Virus genome (UHGV): UHGV-0191544 | Length of the DNA: 43,161 nucleotides | From: a virus | Reading direction: 5' to 3' (one strand) | Shown here: positions 16,756 through 28,851 of the stretch, piece after piece | Layout: every line of letters starts with the position of its first letter | Numbering within the stretch: position 1 is the stretch's first letter | Translations under genes and position numbers: made by a program | The notes under the pieces: generated by a model | Databases searched by the model: none | The model's input: the letters and a program-made list of their open reading frames with translations, nothing else | Told to the model about the DNA's origin: nothing

Positions 16756-17470
16756 GTTAATAAATGGCAATGCCATCAAAATGACAAGCATTGAAATCGC
16801 TGAGTTGGTGAGTAAGCGTCATGACAATGTGAAACGTACCATCGAAACGCTGGCTAAAAATGGTGTTATCCGGCTTCCTCAGATTGAGGTTTCCGAAAGA
16901 ATCAATAACTTAGGGTTCAATGTTCAGTACGAGCATTACGTCTTCGAAGGCGAACAAGGTAAGCGAGACAGTATTGTCGTTGTTGCCCAGTTGTCGCCGG
17001 AATTCACCGCTCGTCTTGTTGACCGTTGGCGAGAGCTTGAAGAAACTGCGGTTAATATCCCCAAAACGCTACCAGAAGCGTTGCGCCTTGCTGCTGATCT
17101 TGCTGAGCAGAAAATGCAACTGGAAAACCAGCTCGCAATTGCCGCACCTAAAGTTGAGTTTGCCGATCGCGTTGGCGAGGCCAGCGGAATTTTGATTGGA
17201 AACTTTGCAAAGGTTGTCGGTATTGGCCCAAACAAACTGTTTGCATGGATGCGCGATCACAAAATCCTTATTGCTTCAGGTTCCCGGCGCAATGTGCCAA
17301 TGCAGGAATATATGGATCGCGGCTATTTCACAGTGAAAGAAACAGCGGTCAACACAAATCACGGAATACAGATATCGTTCACCACAAAAATCACCGGGCG
17401 TGGTCAACAGTGGCTGACCAGAAAGCTGCTCGATAACGGAATGCTGAAAGTAACAGGGGAGGCTGCTTAA
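16748..17470 (+). CDS. Phage antirepressor-like protein (N-terminal Rha/ORF6N-like, C-terminal KilA-C-like)
   Basis: Domain-like sequence pattern, size 240 aa; family call from memory only. Confidence 0.5.
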   Translation: MNELINGNAIKMTSIEIAELVSKRHDNVKRTIETLAKNGVIRLPQIEVSERINNLGFNVQYEHYVFEGEQGKRDSIVVVAQLSPEFTARLVDRWRELEETAVNIPKTLPEALRLAADLAEQKMQLENQLAIAAPKVEFADRVGEASGILIGNFAKVVGIGPNKLFAWMRDHKILIASGSRRNVPMQEYMDRGYFTVKETAVNTNHGIQISFTTKITGRGQQWLTRKLLDNGMLKVTGEAA

Positions 17471-17760
17471 TGGCTAACCTACGCAAAGAAGCGCGCGGCA
17501 GAGAATGCCAGGTACGTATTTACGGCGTATGCAATGGCAATCCTGAAACTACAGTTCTGGCACATTACCGGATGGCTGGAATTTGCGGAACTGGAATGAA
17601 GCCTGACGACCTGATCGGTGCATGGGCTTGTAGCGCGTGTCATGATGAAATCGACCGACGCACCCATAATCTCGACAACAAAGACGCCAGACTTTACCAC
17701 CTCGAAGGCGTGATCAGGACGCAGGCGATGCTGCTGAAGGAGGGGAAGATTAAGCCATGA
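17470..17760 (+). CDS. ybcO: YbcO-like protein (DUF1364), putative nuclease
   Basis: RGRECQVRIxGVCNGNPET...CSACHDEIDRRTH closely matches DLP12 YbcO as recalled. Confidence 0.7.
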   Translation: MANLRKEARGRECQVRIYGVCNGNPETTVLAHYRMAGICGTGMKPDDLIGAWACSACHDEIDRRTHNLDNKDARLYHLEGVIRTQAMLLKEGKIKP

Positions 17761-18119
17761 ACGAATATCAGTTTGTGCTTCCTTACCCGCCGTCGGTGAA
17801 CACCTACTGGCGAAGACGGGGAAGCCAATACTACATCAGCGATAAAGGCCAGAAATACCGAAAAGACGTTCAGCAAATCATCCGCCAACTTAAGTTAGAC
17901 ATTTTCACCAAATCACGACTCCGCATCAAAGTCATCGCAGACGTTCCAGACTCCCGCCGCCGCGACCTCGATAACATCCTGAAGGGTTTACTCGACTCCC
18001 TTATCCACGCCGGATTTGCGGAAGACGACGAGCAATTCGATGACATTCGCGTAATTCGTGGTGTGAAAGTACCAGGCGGACGGCTTGGAATAAAAATCAC
18101 CGAACTGGAGAACGTATGA
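17757..18119 (+). CDS. rusA: RusA Holliday-junction resolvase
   Basis: RRRDLDNxxK motif and size about 120 aa. Confidence 0.85.
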   Translation: MNEYQFVLPYPPSVNTYWRRRGSQYYISDKGQKYRKDVQQIIRQLKLDIFTKSRLRIKVIADVPDSRRRDLDNILKGLLDSLIHAGFAEDDEQFDDIRVIRGVKVPGGRLGIKITELENV

Positions 18120-18304
18120 ACTCCACAATTCAAACGATACCAGAGCTTCTTATCCAGACACGAGGAAATCAGACCGAAGTGGCGAGGATGCTTTCCTGTG
18201 CAAGAGGAACAGTGCTCAAGTACAACCGAGACAGCAAAGGCGAGCGTCACGTAATAGTTAACGGCGTCCTGATGGTCAAACAGGGCAAGAGGGGAAGACG
18301 ATGA
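18116..18304 (+). CDS. ninH: NinH-like small HTH protein
   Basis: GNQTEVARMLSCARGTV matches lambda NinH GNQTEVARRLKCSRGTV. Confidence 0.6.
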   Translation: MNSTIQTIPELLIQTRGNQTEVARMLSCARGTVLKYNRDSKGERHVIVNGVLMVKQGKRGRR

Positions 18305-18789
18305 GCATAAGAGAACTAAACCTCACCAAAGAGCAGCACGATTGGCTGAATGGATGGCTTGAACTGTGGGGCGCATGGGTTTATTCAGGTCGTCTGGAAA
18401 AGCGCATGAGCAGCGTAATAGCGAAGTTCATGGAGAGCGTAGAGCCGGGAAGAGTTATGACAAGGCCAATGTGTAATGATGATGATGGAATGTTGATTTC
18501 TCAGGTCGTCGATTCCGTCATGTACATTGACAAGAAAGCCTTTGGCATCCTCCTCAGTTACTACGCCCACGGCTCTTCCAAGCACGCCATTGCATCTTAC
18601 TATCATCGCGTCGCAAGACCTCGCAAGATGTTATGCCGGGGCGGCGGGCGCATTCAAAAACCATCGCTCGCAACCTGTCGCCGGGAAGTTGACGAAATCC
18701 TCAATTCCTCGTTGTTTATGATTTACCCTGTTCTGGATGGTGCGTTTAAAAACCGGAAACGTGTAGAGAAAATTAAACATGTAGCATAG
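18301..18789 (+). CDS. Q: Late-gene antiterminator Q (non-lambda Q family)
   Basis: Position between nin region and lysis cassette; 162 aa; family assignment by position and size. Confidence 0.55.
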   Translation: MSIRELNLTKEQHDWLNGWLELWGAWVYSGRLEKRMSSVIAKFMESVEPGRVMTRPMCNDDDGMLISQVVDSVMYIDKKAFGILLSYYAHGSSKHAIASYYHRVARPRKMLCRGGGRIQKPSLATCRREVDEILNSSLFMIYPVLDGAFKNRKRVEKIKHVA

Positions 18790-19316
18790 AACGTGTTGAC
18801 ATCATTGAGCAAATGAGCAACACTATTCGCATAAGCTGCCGTTAGTGACTCTTAAGTTGCAACGGTGGCTTTTTTTGTTTGCACAACAGGTAAGAGCATT
18901 GAACCCGCAGACCTCGCGGAATTGGTGAAAGGTGCCGCGCAGTGCTCTTATCGTTGTGGTGAATGCACAGGCTGATGTGTAAGGGCAAGAATCTTTCGCT
19001 GGATTCGGTATGGCCACGTAGCCAGCTGTAGGCAGTTGCAGCAAACCGGAGATCAGCACCGGTCGCCACAATCCAAACTGAGCCGTAGCCACTGGATGTC
19101 CTGAATTCATCAGTGATAGTTATGCTGCGGCCTTCTACACATGATCTTCGTGAAAGCGGGCGGCATGAGGTTGCGCTAACAACCTCCTGCCGTTTTGCCC
19201 GTGCATATCGGTCACGAACAAATCTGATTACTAAACACAGTAGCCTGGATTTGTTCTATCAGTAATCGACCTTATTCCTAATTAAATAGAGCAAATCCCC
19301 TTATTGGGGGTAAGAC

Positions 19317-19640
19317 ATGAAGATGCCAGAAAAACATGACCTGTTAGCCGCCATTCTCGCGGCAAAGGAACAAGGCATCGGGGCAATCCTTGCGTTTGCA
19401 ATGGCGTACCTTCGCGGCAGATATAATGGCGGTGCGTTTACAAAAACAGTAATCGACGCAACGATGTGCGCCATTATCGCCTGGTTCATTCGTGACCTTC
19501 TCGACTTCGCCGGACTAAGTAGCAATCTCGCTTATATAACGAGCGTGTTCATCGGCTACATCGGTACTGACTCGATTGGTTCGCTTATCAAACGCTTCGC
19601 TGCTAAAAAAGCCGGAGTAGAAGATGGTGGAAATCAATAA
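19317..19640 (+). CDS. S: Holin, lambda S type, with dual start MKM
   Basis: Near-identical to lambda S as recalled. Confidence 0.95.
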   Translation: MKMPEKHDLLAAILAAKEQGIGAILAFAMAYLRGRYNGGAFTKTVIDATMCAIIAWFIRDLLDFAGLSSNLAYITSVFIGYIGTDSIGSLIKRFAAKKAGVEDGGNQ

Positions 19641-20100
19641 TCAACGTAAGGCGTTCCTCGATATGCTGGCGTGGTCAGAGGGAACTGATAACGGACGTCA
19701 GAAAACCAGAAATCATGGTTATGACGTCATTGTAGGCGGAGAGCTATTCACTGATTACTCCGATCACCCTCGCAAACTTGTCACGCTAAACCCAAAACTC
19801 AAATCAACAGCCGCCGGACGTTACCAGCTTCTTTCCCGTTGGTGGGATGCCTATCGCAAGCAGCTCGGACTGAAAGACTTCTCTCCGAAAAGCCAGGACG
19901 CTGTGGCACTGCAACAGATTAAAGAGCGTGGCGCTTTACCGATGATTGATCGCGGTGATATCCGTCAGGCAATCGACCGTTGCAGTAATATCTGGGCTTC
20001 ATTGCCGGGCGCTGGTTATGGTCAGTTCGAGCATAAGGCTGACAGTCTGATTTCAAAATTCAAAGAAGCAGGCGGAACGGTCAGAGAGATTGAGGCATGA
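19624..20100 (+). CDS. R: Endolysin, lambda R type (lytic transglycosylase)
   Basis: Near-identical to lambda R as recalled. Confidence 0.95.
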   Translation: MVEINNQRKAFLDMLAWSEGTDNGRQKTRNHGYDVIVGGELFTDYSDHPRKLVTLNPKLKSTAAGRYQLLSRWWDAYRKQLGLKDFSPKSQDAVALQQIKERGALPMIDRGDIRQAIDRCSNIWASLPGAGYGQFEHKADSLISKFKEAGGTVREIEA

Positions 20101-20534
20101 GCAGAGTCACCGCGATTATCTCCGCTCTGGTTATCTGCATCATCGTCTGCCTGTTATGGGCTGTTAATCATTACCGTGATAACGCCATCGCCTACAAAGA
20201 GCAGCGCGATAAAGCCACATCCACAATCGCTGACATGCAGAAGCGTCAACGTGATGTAGCAGAACTCGACGCCAGATACACAAAGGAGCTTGCTGATGCT
20301 AATGCGACTATCGAAAGTCTCCGTGCTGATGTTTCTGCTGGTCGTAAGCGCCTGCAAGTCGCCGCCACCTGTGCAAAGTCAACGACCGGAGCCAGCAGCA
20401 TGGGCGATGGAGAAAGCCCAAGACTTACAGCAGATGCTGAACTCAATTATTACCGTCTCCGAAGTGGAATCGACAGGATAACCGCGCAGGTTAACTACCT
20501 GCAGGAATACATCAGGACGCAATGCCTTCGATGA
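20097..20534 (+). CDS. Rz: Spanin inner-membrane subunit Rz
   Basis: N-terminal TM plus coiled coil; N-terminal half matches lambda Rz. Confidence 0.85.
   Translation: MSRVTAIISALVICIIVCLLWAVNHYRDNAIAYKEQRDKATSTIADMQKRQRDVAELDARYTKELADANATIESLRADVSAGRKRLQVAATCAKSTTGASSMGDGESPRLTADAELNYYRLRSGIDRITAQVNYLQEYIRTQCLR
20290..20481 (+). CDS. Rz1: Spanin outer-membrane lipoprotein Rz1, embedded in Rz in the +1 frame
   Basis: Lipobox LLVVSAC followed by proline-rich segment; fully nested in Rz. Confidence 0.7.
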   Translation: MLMLMRLSKVSVLMFLLVVSACKSPPPVQSQRPEPAAWAMEKAQDLQQMLNSIITVSEVESTG

Positions 20535-20709
20535 TAGCGATAATTTTACTCATCATCCTTCACATCTGGCTCTGTAGACAGGGTGATGATCACTTCTGGA
20601 GTGAATCCAGATTAAACATCTCATTGCTGATGCTTGATATTGAGCATCTGGCGCGCGGTAAGGGGCTGCGTTGAGATAAGAGCCAGTCATTACAAACACC
20701 AGGATTTAG

Positions 20710-20732
20710 CCTCGCATTCGCGGGGCTTTTTT
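20710..20732 (+). terminator. Intrinsic terminator candidate between the lysis cassette and rha
   Basis: CCTCGC-ATTC-GCGGGG stem-loop followed by CTTTTTT; approx coordinates. Confidence 0.45.
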
Positions 20733-20876
20733 ATATCTGAATTTCACAGCGCATCTCACGCGCATATTAACGAGAGCCTTTCAGTAAGCGAGCCTGAGAA
20801 ATGCCGTTATAGGTGGCGACCTCTCTCGGGCGGCTTTTCTGTGAGACAGGCTCACTTTCTAAAAGGTAAAGACGCT

Positions 20877-21395
20877 ATGAATCATCAATTGGCTAATCTC
20901 GATTTCCGGGACATGGTGGTTGTTTCTGGTGATCGCGTGATCACAACCTCCCGCAAGGTAGCAGCTTACTTCGACAAGCAGCATCACCACATCATTCAGA
21001 AAATCGAAAAGCTAGACTGTTCGGATGAATTTCTAACCAGCAACTTTTCGCGGGTTACCTATGAACACAAGGGTAATCAGTATGTTGAATATGAAATTTC
21101 CAAAGACGGCGAGATGTACATCATCATGTCGTTTACCGGCAAAAAAGCTGCCGCCATCAAAGAGGCGTTTATCAAAGCATTTAATTGGATGCGTGACAGG
21201 CTGATGGAGATGGCTCACTCATACCAAAGAGAGCACAACGAGTTAATGCTGGAGTTCATGAAGGAAAAGGATGTTGCCAGTATGTCAGGACGCTTGCTGA
21301 ACCGCTGGGGCAGGATCAAAAAACCGCAACTCATAGCAAGAATCGAAAGGCTTGAGCAGCAGGCGCAAATATCGATCCCCGGACTGCCAAAGTGA
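20877..21395 (+). CDS. rha: Rha-family phage regulatory protein
   Basis: Internal ATG at 20877 (AAAAGG SD) of track ORF 20634..21395; Rha-like N-terminus. Confidence 0.65.
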   Translation: MNHQLANLDFRDMVVVSGDRVITTSRKVAAYFDKQHHHIIQKIEKLDCSDEFLTSNFSRVTYEHKGNQYVEYEISKDGEMYIIMSFTGKKAAAIKEAFIKAFNWMRDRLMEMAHSYQREHNELMLEFMKEKDVASMSGRLLNRWGRIKKPQLIARIERLEQQAQISIPGLPK

Positions 21396-21678
21396 CCATT
21401 CCAAAGCCCATCTACGGGTGGGCTTGATAATGAAACCGGAATTTATTCTGGGCAACCAGTTACGGCAGCACCACGAAACAACCCAAGCCAGTAAGTGGGA
21501 AAATAACACTGGCAGCCACTGAAAGATGAACCTCCAGCCTTATGGCAAAAAAGATTCTTTGTGGTGGCGGACTGATGGAAAGACATCGGATAGAATAAAA
21601 CAGTGGCTAGGGTAGCTCCCGAAAAGCGGACTCGTCACCGCCTGCCACTGAATCTATGGCGAACAACTAGACGAGGTT

Positions 21679-21897
21679 GTGATGGATGATAACGGAAACC
21701 AATGGGTCAATGTTGAACACCGGCTACCAGAAAGCAAAGAAGGGATGTGGTCTAAAGAGGTTATAGCTCTTACTGATACTGGTGACGTGTTCAAACTATC
21801 ATGTATGGGCTCTTACTGGCAGAGAACCAAGGCATTCATCGATTCAGGAGCAAGCAAGGTTACACACTGGATGCCGCTTAATTACCCAGATGATTAA
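21679..21897 (+). CDS. DUF551-type small protein, 72 aa
   Basis: Shares THWMPL C-terminal motif with ORF 2769..3674. Confidence 0.5.
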   Translation: MMDDNGNQWVNVEHRLPESKEGMWSKEVIALTDTGDVFKLSCMGSYWQRTKAFIDSGASKVTHWMPLNYPDD

Positions 21898-21911
21898 AAC
21901 GGATGAAAAAT

Positions 21912-21940
21912 AAAAGGTCGCTCAGGCGGCCTTTTTTATT
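21912..21940 (+). terminator. Intrinsic terminator
   Basis: AAAAGGTCGC-TCAG-GCGGCCTTTT stem-loop followed by TTTTTTATT; approx coordinates. Confidence 0.6.
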
Positions 21941-22044
21941 GCCATCACAAAAGCCATTCCTTACTGAGTGGCTTTGATAATGGCTTATACCCTACACGGG
22001 ATAACTTAACTGATATCCCTTTTAACGGATAAACGGAGCCAACA

Positions 22045-22287
22045 ATGGCAGAGATTATTCCCATGACTGAAGAACAGAAATTCCAGTTAGAGATTTACAA
22101 ACTGGTCATGAACCAGAACGCAGCCGCAGAAGAAGCATTTCAGTTCATTGGCACTGACGAACTGAAGCTTGAGCTATTCAAAATTCACTTCCAGTCAGGC
22201 GGCGCTAATTCGGATATCACGATCCGCACATTTGAAGCGGTGCGTAAATCGAAGGAAGCGTTAGACCTGTTCACTACCGGAGCATGA
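22045..22287 (+). CDS. Hypothetical protein, 80 aa, upstream of terminase
   Basis: ORF with operon orientation; P22-like phages carry small unknown ORFs here. Confidence 0.5.
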   Translation: MAEIIPMTEEQKFQLEIYKLVMNQNAAAEEAFQFIGTDELKLELFKIHFQSGGANSDITIRTFEAVRKSKEALDLFTTGA

Positions 22288-22288
22288 T

Positions 22289-22468
22289 GTGAGCCGCGTA
22301 ATCAATTTGGGTAAGGAGAAGAAATTCCCAATTACTCAAGAGCTATACGAGAGGCTGGAAAGCGTCATCCATGATTACGATGGTGAAATCAGTTTATGCG
22401 AGGCGATTGGCACACTTGAATTGCTGAAGCAGTCATTGATTGAAGGCGCGAAAGAGTCCTCAGCCTGA
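22289..22468 (+). CDS. Hypothetical protein, about 59 aa, GTG start
   Basis: GGAG 8 nt upstream of GTG; fills gap before terminase small subunit. Confidence 0.3.
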   Translation: MSRVINLGKEKKFPITQELYERLESVIHDYDGEISLCEAIGTLELLKQSLIEGAKESSA

Positions 22469-22491
22469 AATAACAGCTAAGTGAGATGAAT

Positions 22492-22980
22492 ATGGCAGCA
22501 CCAAAGGGCAACCGATTTTGGGAGGCCCGCAGTAGTCATGGGCGAAATCCTAAATTCGAATCGCCTGAGGCGCTGTGGGCTGCTTGTTGTGAATACTTCG
22601 AGTGGGTAGAAGCTAACCCGCTATGGGAGATGAAGGCGTTCTCGTATCAGGGTGAAGTGATACAAGAGCCTATCGCCAAGATGCGAGCGATGACTATTAC
22701 AGGCCTCACTCTGTTCATTGATGTGACGCTTGAAACATGGCGCACATATCGCCTGCGAGAAGATTTATCTGAAGTCGTTACGCGAGCAGAGCAGGTCATC
22801 TACGACCAGAAATTCTCTGGCGCAGCCGCTGACCTTCTCAACGCTAACATCATCGCCCGTGATTTGGGCCTCAAAGAGCAGTCGCAAGTTGAAGACGTGA
22901 CACCTGATAAGGGAGATCGCGATAAGCGGCGCTCTCGTATCAAGGAGCTATTCAACCGTGGAACTGGACGCGATTCTTGA
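22492..22980 (+). CDS. Terminase small subunit (P22 gp3)
   Basis: [29 protein letters not shown]... matches P22 gp3 as recalled; contains pac sequence. Confidence 0.9.
   Translation: MAAPKGNRFWEARSSHGRNPKFESPEALWAACCEYFEWVEANPLWEMKAFSYQGEVIQEPIAKMRAMTITGLTLFIDVTLETWRTYRLREDLSEVVTRAEQVIYDQKFSGAAADLLNANIIARDLGLKEQSQVEDVTPDKGDRDKRRSRIKELFNRGTGRDS
22759..22780 (+). promoter_or_regulatory. pac site (P22-type packaging initiation sequence) inside the gp3 gene
   Basis: GAAGATTTATCTGAAGTCGTTA, matching the P22 pac site as recalled; approx coordinates. Confidence 0.65.
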
Positions 22981-24457
22981 TAACCTGAGCGACGAAGAGC
23001 AAATCGAGTTGCTCGAGCTACTCGAAGAAGAAGAGAACTACCGGAACACACACCTGCTATATGAATTTACGCCATACAGCAAACAGCGTGAGTTCATCGA
23101 CGCCGGGCATGACTATCCAGAGCGCTGTTTTATGGCTGGTAACCAGCTTGGTAAGTCATTTACCGGTGCTGCCGAAGTCGCGTTTCACCTTACAGGGCGT
23201 TATCCGGGCACAAAAGGCTATCCTGCTGATGGTAAATATGGCGGTGAGTGGAAAGGTAAGCGTTTCTATGAGCCTGTTGTCTTCTGGATTGGTGGCGAGA
23301 CAAACGAGACGGTAACCAAAACGACTCAACGCATCCTGTGCGGTCGTATCGAAGAGAATGACGAGCCAGGCTACGGTTCCATACCGAAAGAAGACATCAT
23401 TAGCTGGAAGAAGTCTCCTTTCTTTCCGAACCTTGTTGATCATCTTCTGGTTAAGCATCACACGGCTGATGGCGTTGAAGATGGCATTTCAATCTGCTAC
23501 TTCAAACCATACTCGCAAGGCCGCGCTCGCTGGCAGGGTGACACAATCCACGGCGTGTGGTTTGACGAAGAGCCACCATACAGCATTTATGGCGAAGGTC
23601 TTACCCGTACCAACAAATACGGGCAATTCTCAATTCTGACGTTTACCCCGCTGATGGGGATGTCTGACGTTGTTACCAAATTCCTGAAGAATCCAAGCAA
23701 GTCGCAGAAAGTGGTCAACATGACCATCTACGACGCTGAGCACTACACAGACGAACAGAAAGAGCAAATCATCGCATCTTATCCTGAGCATGAGAGAGAG
23801 GCGCGTGCTCGCGGTATTCCTACGATGGGTAGCGGTCGAATCTTCCAGATACCGGAAGAGACGATTAAGTGTCAGCCGTTCGAGTGTCCTGATCACTTCT
23901 ACGTAATTGGCGGGATGGATTTTGGATGGGATCACCCACAGGCGCAGGTTCAGCTTTGGTGGGATAAGGACGCAGACACAATCTACGTTTCACGCGTGTG
24001 GAAGGCGAAAGAAAAAACAGCCGTTCAGGCGTGGGGAGCCGTTAAATCATGGGCGCATAAAGTGCCAACCGCATGGCCTCATGACGGAAACCAGCACGAG
24101 AAGGGCGGCGGTGAGCAGCTCAAAGGGCAGTATGCCGACGCTGGTTTTATGATGTTGCAGGAGCATGCGACATGGCCTGATGGCGGTAATGCTGTGGAGC
24201 CTGGCATCACTGAATTGCGCGACATGATGCTCGATGGTCGCTTCAAAGTATTCAACACCTGTGAGCCATTCTTTGAGGAGTTCCGCCTCTATCACCGTGA
24301 TGAAAACGGGAAGATCGTCAAGCTTAACGACGATGTTCTCTCAGCCGTTCGCTATGCATACATGATGCGCCGCTTCGCCAAAATGATGCGCGACATCAAA
24401 AAACCAAAAGAGAAAAAGATACCAGCCCCAATCAGGCCCATCGCACGGAGAACTTAA
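22958..24457 (+). CDS. Terminase large subunit (P22 gp2)
   Basis: 499 aa; P22 gp2-like sequence. Confidence 0.95.
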   Translation: MELDAILDNLSDEEQIELLELLEEEENYRNTHLLYEFTPYSKQREFIDAGHDYPERCFMAGNQLGKSFTGAAEVAFHLTGRYPGTKGYPADGKYGGEWKGKRFYEPVVFWIGGETNETVTKTTQRILCGRIEENDEPGYGSIPKEDIISWKKSPFFPNLVDHLLVKHHTADGVEDGISICYFKPYSQGRARWQGDTIHGVWFDEEPPYSIYGEGLTRTNKYGQFSILTFTPLMGMSDVVTKFLKNPSKSQKVVNMTIYDAEHYTDEQKEQIIASYPEHEREARARGIPTMGSGRIFQIPEETIKCQPFECPDHFYVIGGMDFGWDHPQAQVQLWWDKDADTIYVSRVWKAKEKTAVQAWGAVKSWAHKVPTAWPHDGNQHEKGGGEQLKGQYADAGFMMLQEHATWPDGGNAVEPGITELRDMMLDGRFKVFNTCEPFFEEFRLYHRDENGKIVKLNDDVLSAVRYAYMMRRFAKMMRDIKKPKEKKIPAPIRPIARRT

Positions 24458-26623
24458 ATGGCCGACGAAAACAGACTCAATTCCATTCTGTGTAAGTTTG
24501 ACGCAGACTGGATGGCGAGCGATGAAGCCAGAACCGAGGCGACAAATGACCTGTATTTTAGCCGAGTGTCGCAATGGGATGACTGGCTATCAAACTACAC
24601 GACTCTGCAATATCGCGGACAATTCGATGTTGTTCGCCCGGTGGTCAGGAAACTGGTCGCAGAGATGCGCCGGAACCCTATCGACGTTCTCTTCCGACCC
24701 AAAGACGGTGCTAATCCTGATGCAGCCGATGTGTTGATGGGGATGTATCGTACTGATATGCGCCATAACACGGCAAAGATTGCCGTTAACGTTGGCGTTC
24801 GTGAGCAGATAGAGTCCGGCGTTGGTGCATGGCGTCTGGTCACCCAGTACGAAGACAACGACCCAACAAGCAACAATCAGGTAATCCGACGCCTGCCAAT
24901 CCATGAAGCCTGCTCACACGTCATATGGGACGCCAACAGCAAGCAGATGGATAAGAGCGACGCTAAGCACTGCACGGTGATTAACGCTTTGTCACGCAAT
25001 GGCTGGAAAGAGTTCGCAGAGGATTACGGTATTGATCCTGACACCCTGCCATCTTTCCAGAATCCTAACGATACATGGCTATTCCCGTGGGTATCGAATG
25101 ATGTCGTCTACGTCGCTGAGTATTACGAGGTAGAAGAGAAGAAGGAGAAAGTCTTCATCTACCGCGACCCGCTGACAGGTGAGCCGGTCAGCTATTACCA
25201 GCAGGATATCAAAGACGTCATCGACGACCTGGCTAATCGTGGATTCATTAAGGTAGCAGAGCGTAAGGTCAAGCGTCGTCGTGTGTATAAGTCGATCATC
25301 ACCTGCACGCAGATACTGAAAGACCGCGAGAAGATAGCAGGAGAGCATATTCCAATCGTTCCAGTGTATGGTGAATGGTCATTCGCTGGTGACAAGGAGT
25401 GCTACGAAGGAGTGGTAAGACTGACGAAAGACGGTCAACGCCTTCGTAACATGATCATGTCATTCAACGCCGATATCGTTGGTCGTTCACCGAAGAAGAA
25501 ACCGACCTTCTTCCCTGAGCAAATCGAAGGCTACGAATACATGTACGGAGGAAATGATGACTATCCGTACTATCTGCAGAACAAGACCGATGAAAACGGT
25601 AACGACCTGCCGATTGGTCCAATCTCCTACATGGAAAACCCTGAAGTGCCGCAAGCCAACGCTTACATGCTTGAGGCAGCCACCAACGCAGTGAAAGAGG
25701 TGGCTAGTCTTGGCGTGGATGCGCAGGCGGCAAATGGTCAGGTCGCTTTCGATACCGTCAATCAACTGAACATGCGGGCAGACCTTGAGACATACGTGTT
25801 TCAGGATAACCTGGCTACCGCAATGCGACGTGATGGCGAGATTTATGCCTCAATGGTCAACGATATTTATGACGTTCCTCGCCATGTAACGCTGACTCTT
25901 GAAGACGGAAGCGAGAAAGACGTTCAACTCTACGCGCAAGTTGTAGATTACCAGTCCGGCAATGTGGTCACACTCAACGACATTCGCGGTCGCTATGAGT
26001 GCTATACAGACGTTGGACCATCCTTCCAGAGTATGAAGGAACAGAACCGCGCAGAGATTCAGGAGTTGCTCACCAAGGTTCCGCAAGGTACTCCAGAGTT
26101 CCAGATGCTGATGCTGCAATACTTTACGCTGCTTGACGGTAAAGGCGTCGAGATGATGCGAGAGTACGCGAACAAGCAACTGGTGATGATGGGGCTGAAG
26201 AAACCAGAAACACCTGAAGAGATGGAGATGGTGCAGCAGGCACAACAACAGCCGCAGCAGCCATCAGCAGAGCAAATTCAGGCGCATGGTATCCTTCTGC
26301 AAGGTCAGGCTGAATTGCTCAAGGCAGAGAACCAACAGGCGCAGATTCAGGTTGAAGCCGCCAAGGTTGAAGCCCAAAACCAACTCAACGCCGCGAAGAT
26401 TGCAGAAATCTTCAACAATATGGACCTCGACAAGCAGGCAGAACTGCGTGAGTACCTCAAGCTCGTAGGTCAATTCCAGCAACAGCGCAGCAAAGATGCT
26501 CGTGCTAACGCTGAGCTGCTTCTTAAAGATGCAGACCAGACTCATTCACAACGCATGGATTTCGCGAATCTTATGCGTCAAGTTCAAATCCCCTCCGGCG
26601 GAGTAGCCGAGACACCTCAATAA
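24458..26623 (+). CDS. Portal protein (P22 gp1)
   Basis: 721 aa; long stretches match P22 portal as recalled. Confidence 0.95.
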   Translation: MADENRLNSILCKFDADWMASDEARTEATNDLYFSRVSQWDDWLSNYTTLQYRGQFDVVRPVVRKLVAEMRRNPIDVLFRPKDGANPDAADVLMGMYRTDMRHNTAKIAVNVGVREQIESGVGAWRLVTQYEDNDPTSNNQVIRRLPIHEACSHVIWDANSKQMDKSDAKHCTVINALSRNGWKEFAEDYGIDPDTLPSFQNPNDTWLFPWVSNDVVYVAEYYEVEEKKEKVFIYRDPLTGEPVSYYQQDIKDVIDDLANRGFIKVAERKVKRRRVYKSIITCTQILKDREKIAGEHIPIVPVYGEWSFAGDKECYEGVVRLTKDGQRLRNMIMSFNADIVGRSPKKKPTFFPEQIEGYEYMYGGNDDYPYYLQNKTDENGNDLPIGPISYMENPEVPQANAYMLEAATNAVKEVASLGVDAQAANGQVAFDTVNQLNMRADLETYVFQDNLATAMRRDGEIYASMVNDIYDVPRHVTLTLEDGSEKDVQLYAQVVDYQSGNVVTLNDIRGRYECYTDVGPSFQSMKEQNRAEIQELLTKVPQGTPEFQMLMLQYFTLLDGKGVEMMREYANKQLVMMGLKKPETPEEMEMVQQAQQQPQQPSAEQIQAHGILLQGQAELLKAENQQAQIQVEAAKVEAQNQLNAAKIAEIFNNMDLDKQAELREYLKLVGQFQQQRSKDARANAELLLKDADQTHSQRMDFANLMRQVQIPSGGVAETPQ

Positions 26624-26636
26624 GAGAGAGTTAACC

Positions 26637-27548
26637 ATGGACCAAACCACCGACATTCAGGCTTCTGAAGAATTAACCCTGCCCGGCAATCATGCAGCGG
26701 CATCTGCTGATGGCTTAGTTGTCGATAATGCCAACGACAACGCAGGTCAGGAAGAAGGCTTCGAGATTGTCCTGAAAGACGATGAGAAACCAAAACAAGA
26801 CCCGGCAACTAATGCTGAATTTGCCCGTCGCCGCATCGAACGCAAACGCCAGCGTGAGCTTGAGCAGCAGATGGAAGCGGTTAAGCGTGGAGAGTTGCCG
26901 GAGCACCTGCGGGTGAACCCTGAGTTACCAAAACAACCAGACCCTAACGATTATCTTTCCGAAGATGCACTGGCTAAGTACGACTATGACCAGAGCCGCG
27001 CACTGGCTGCCTTCCAGCAGGCAAACAGTGAATGGCAGATCAAGGCTATGGACGCACGAAGCCAGGCTGTCGCCGAGCAGGGTCGCAAAACTCAGGAGTT
27101 CACCCAGCAATCAGCGCAATACGTCGAGGCAGCCCGTAAGCACTACGACGCAGCGGAAAAGCTCAATATCCCTGACTATCAGGAGAAAGAGGATGCATTC
27201 ATGCAACTGGTGCCGCCAGCAGTCGGTGCCGACATCATGCGCCTCTTCCCGGAGAAATCCGCTGCTCTCATGTATCACCTTGGTGCTAATCCTGAGAAAA
27301 CACGCCAGTTGCTGGCGATGGACGGGCAATCCGCGCTGATTGAACTCACTCGACTGTCAGAACGTTTAACTCTCAAGCCTCGAGCCAAGCCTGTTTCAGA
27401 AGCCCCGTTACCTGATGAACCCATTCAGGGGCATGCTGTTGCTGCAAATATCTCTGCGATTGAAAAGCAGATGGAGGCGGCAGCAAACAAAGGGGATGTA
27501 GAGACGTACCGCAAGCTCAAGGCGCAACTGAATAAAGGAATTCGATAA
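26637..27548 (+). CDS. Scaffolding protein (P22 gp8)
   Basis: 303 aa, same length as P22 gp8; position between portal and coat. Confidence 0.85.
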   Translation: MDQTTDIQASEELTLPGNHAAASADGLVVDNANDNAGQEEGFEIVLKDDEKPKQDPATNAEFARRRIERKRQRELEQQMEAVKRGELPEHLRVNPELPKQPDPNDYLSEDALAKYDYDQSRALAAFQQANSEWQIKAMDARSQAVAEQGRKTQEFTQQSAQYVEAARKHYDAAEKLNIPDYQEKEDAFMQLVPPAVGADIMRLFPEKSAALMYHLGANPEKTRQLLAMDGQSALIELTRLSERLTLKPRAKPVSEAPLPDEPIQGHAVAANISAIEKQMEAAANKGDVETYRKLKAQLNKGIR

Positions 27549-28843
27549 TGGCATTAAATGAAGGTCAACTGGTCACGTATGCTCTGGATGAAATCATCGA
27601 AACCGTCCAGAACCTGACGCCAATGGCGTCAAAAGTGACAAAATACACCCCTCCGGCAGAATCCATGCAGCGTTCAAGCAACACCGTGTGGATGCCTGTT
27701 GAGCAGGAAGCGCCAACCCAGACTGGCTGGGATTTAACTGGCAACGCAACCGGGATTCTGGAACTCTCCGTGAAATGCAACATGGGCGATCCGGATAACG
27801 ATTTCTTCGAGCTTCGTGCAGATGACCTGCGTGATGAGCGTTCTTACCGTCGCCGCATCCAGGCATCCGCCAAAAAACTGGCGAATAACATTGAGTCAGC
27901 AATTGCCAAACAGGCAACCGAAATGGGCTCACTTGTTGTTCACGATACCCGCGCAATTGGTCCATCTACTGGCCTGTCTGGCTGGGATTTTGTGTCTGAT
28001 GCAGAGCGCCTGATGTTCTCCCGTGAGCTAAACCGCGATATGGGCATCAGTTACTTCCTGAACCCTGACGATTACCGCAAAGCAGGCCGCAACCTGGTAG
28101 ATGGTGACATCTTTGGGCGCGTTCCTGAAGACGCGTATCGCAACGGTACTATTCAGCGTCAGATTGCTGGCTTTGATGAAATTCTTCGCTCACCGAAACT
28201 TCCGGCAGTTACCAAGTCAACCGCTACTGGTGTAACTGTTTCTGGTGCGCAGAAGTTTAAGCCGCAGGCATACACCCTTGATACCGATGGTAACAAAGAG
28301 AACGTCGACAACCGTGTTGCAACGGTGACCGTATCCTCCACTACCGGATTTAAGCGCGGCGACAAAATCAGCTTCACTGGTGTGAAATTCCTGTCTCAGA
28401 TGGCGAAGAACGTGCTAACTGATGATGCGACTTTCTCAATCACCCGTGTGATCGATGGTACTCACATCGAAATCACGCCGAAACCGATTGCACTGGATGA
28501 CGCGTCACTGACAAAAGAAGAGAAGGCTTACGCTAACGTAAACACCTCTCTTGCTGATACCACTCCGGTAAACGTTCTGAACGTGGCAACAACCACCGCT
28601 AACGTGTTCTGGGCTGATGACTCAATCCGCCTGCTGTCTCAGCCGATCCCGGTAACCCATGAACTGTTTGCTGGTATGAAAACTTCTTCCTTCAGCATTC
28701 CAGGCATTGGTGTTAACGGCATCTTCGCAACGCAGGGTGATATCAACACTCTGTCTGGTAAGTGCCGTATTGCTGTGTGGTATTCAGCATGTGCTGTACG
28801 ACCAGAGGCAATTGGTGTTGGTCTGCCTAACCAGACTGCGTGA
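27548..28843 (+). CDS. Major capsid (coat) protein (P22 gp5)
   Basis: 431 aa; order and size. Confidence 0.9.
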   Translation: MALNEGQLVTYALDEIIETVQNLTPMASKVTKYTPPAESMQRSSNTVWMPVEQEAPTQTGWDLTGNATGILELSVKCNMGDPDNDFFELRADDLRDERSYRRRIQASAKKLANNIESAIAKQATEMGSLVVHDTRAIGPSTGLSGWDFVSDAERLMFSRELNRDMGISYFLNPDDYRKAGRNLVDGDIFGRVPEDAYRNGTIQRQIAGFDEILRSPKLPAVTKSTATGVTVSGAQKFKPQAYTLDTDGNKENVDNRVATVTVSSTTGFKRGDKISFTGVKFLSQMAKNVLTDDATFSITRVIDGTHIEITPKPIALDDASLTKEEKAYANVNTSLADTTPVNVLNVATTTANVFWADDSIRLLSQPIPVTHELFAGMKTSSFSIPGIGVNGIFATQGDINTLSGKCRIAVWYSACAVRPEAIGVGLPNQTA

Positions 28844-28851
28844 TAACCAGA

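Noticed and set aside
18790-19316. Possible tRNA or small RNA gene between Q and S
   Set aside because: Some lambdoid phages carry tRNAs here, but I could not find a cloverleaf or T-loop consensus; the region more likely holds the late promoter and its terminated leader.
23156-26545. Several minus-strand ORFs of 89-132 aa inside the terminase and portal genes
   Set aside because: Antisense to genes with clear P22 homology; no start-site context.
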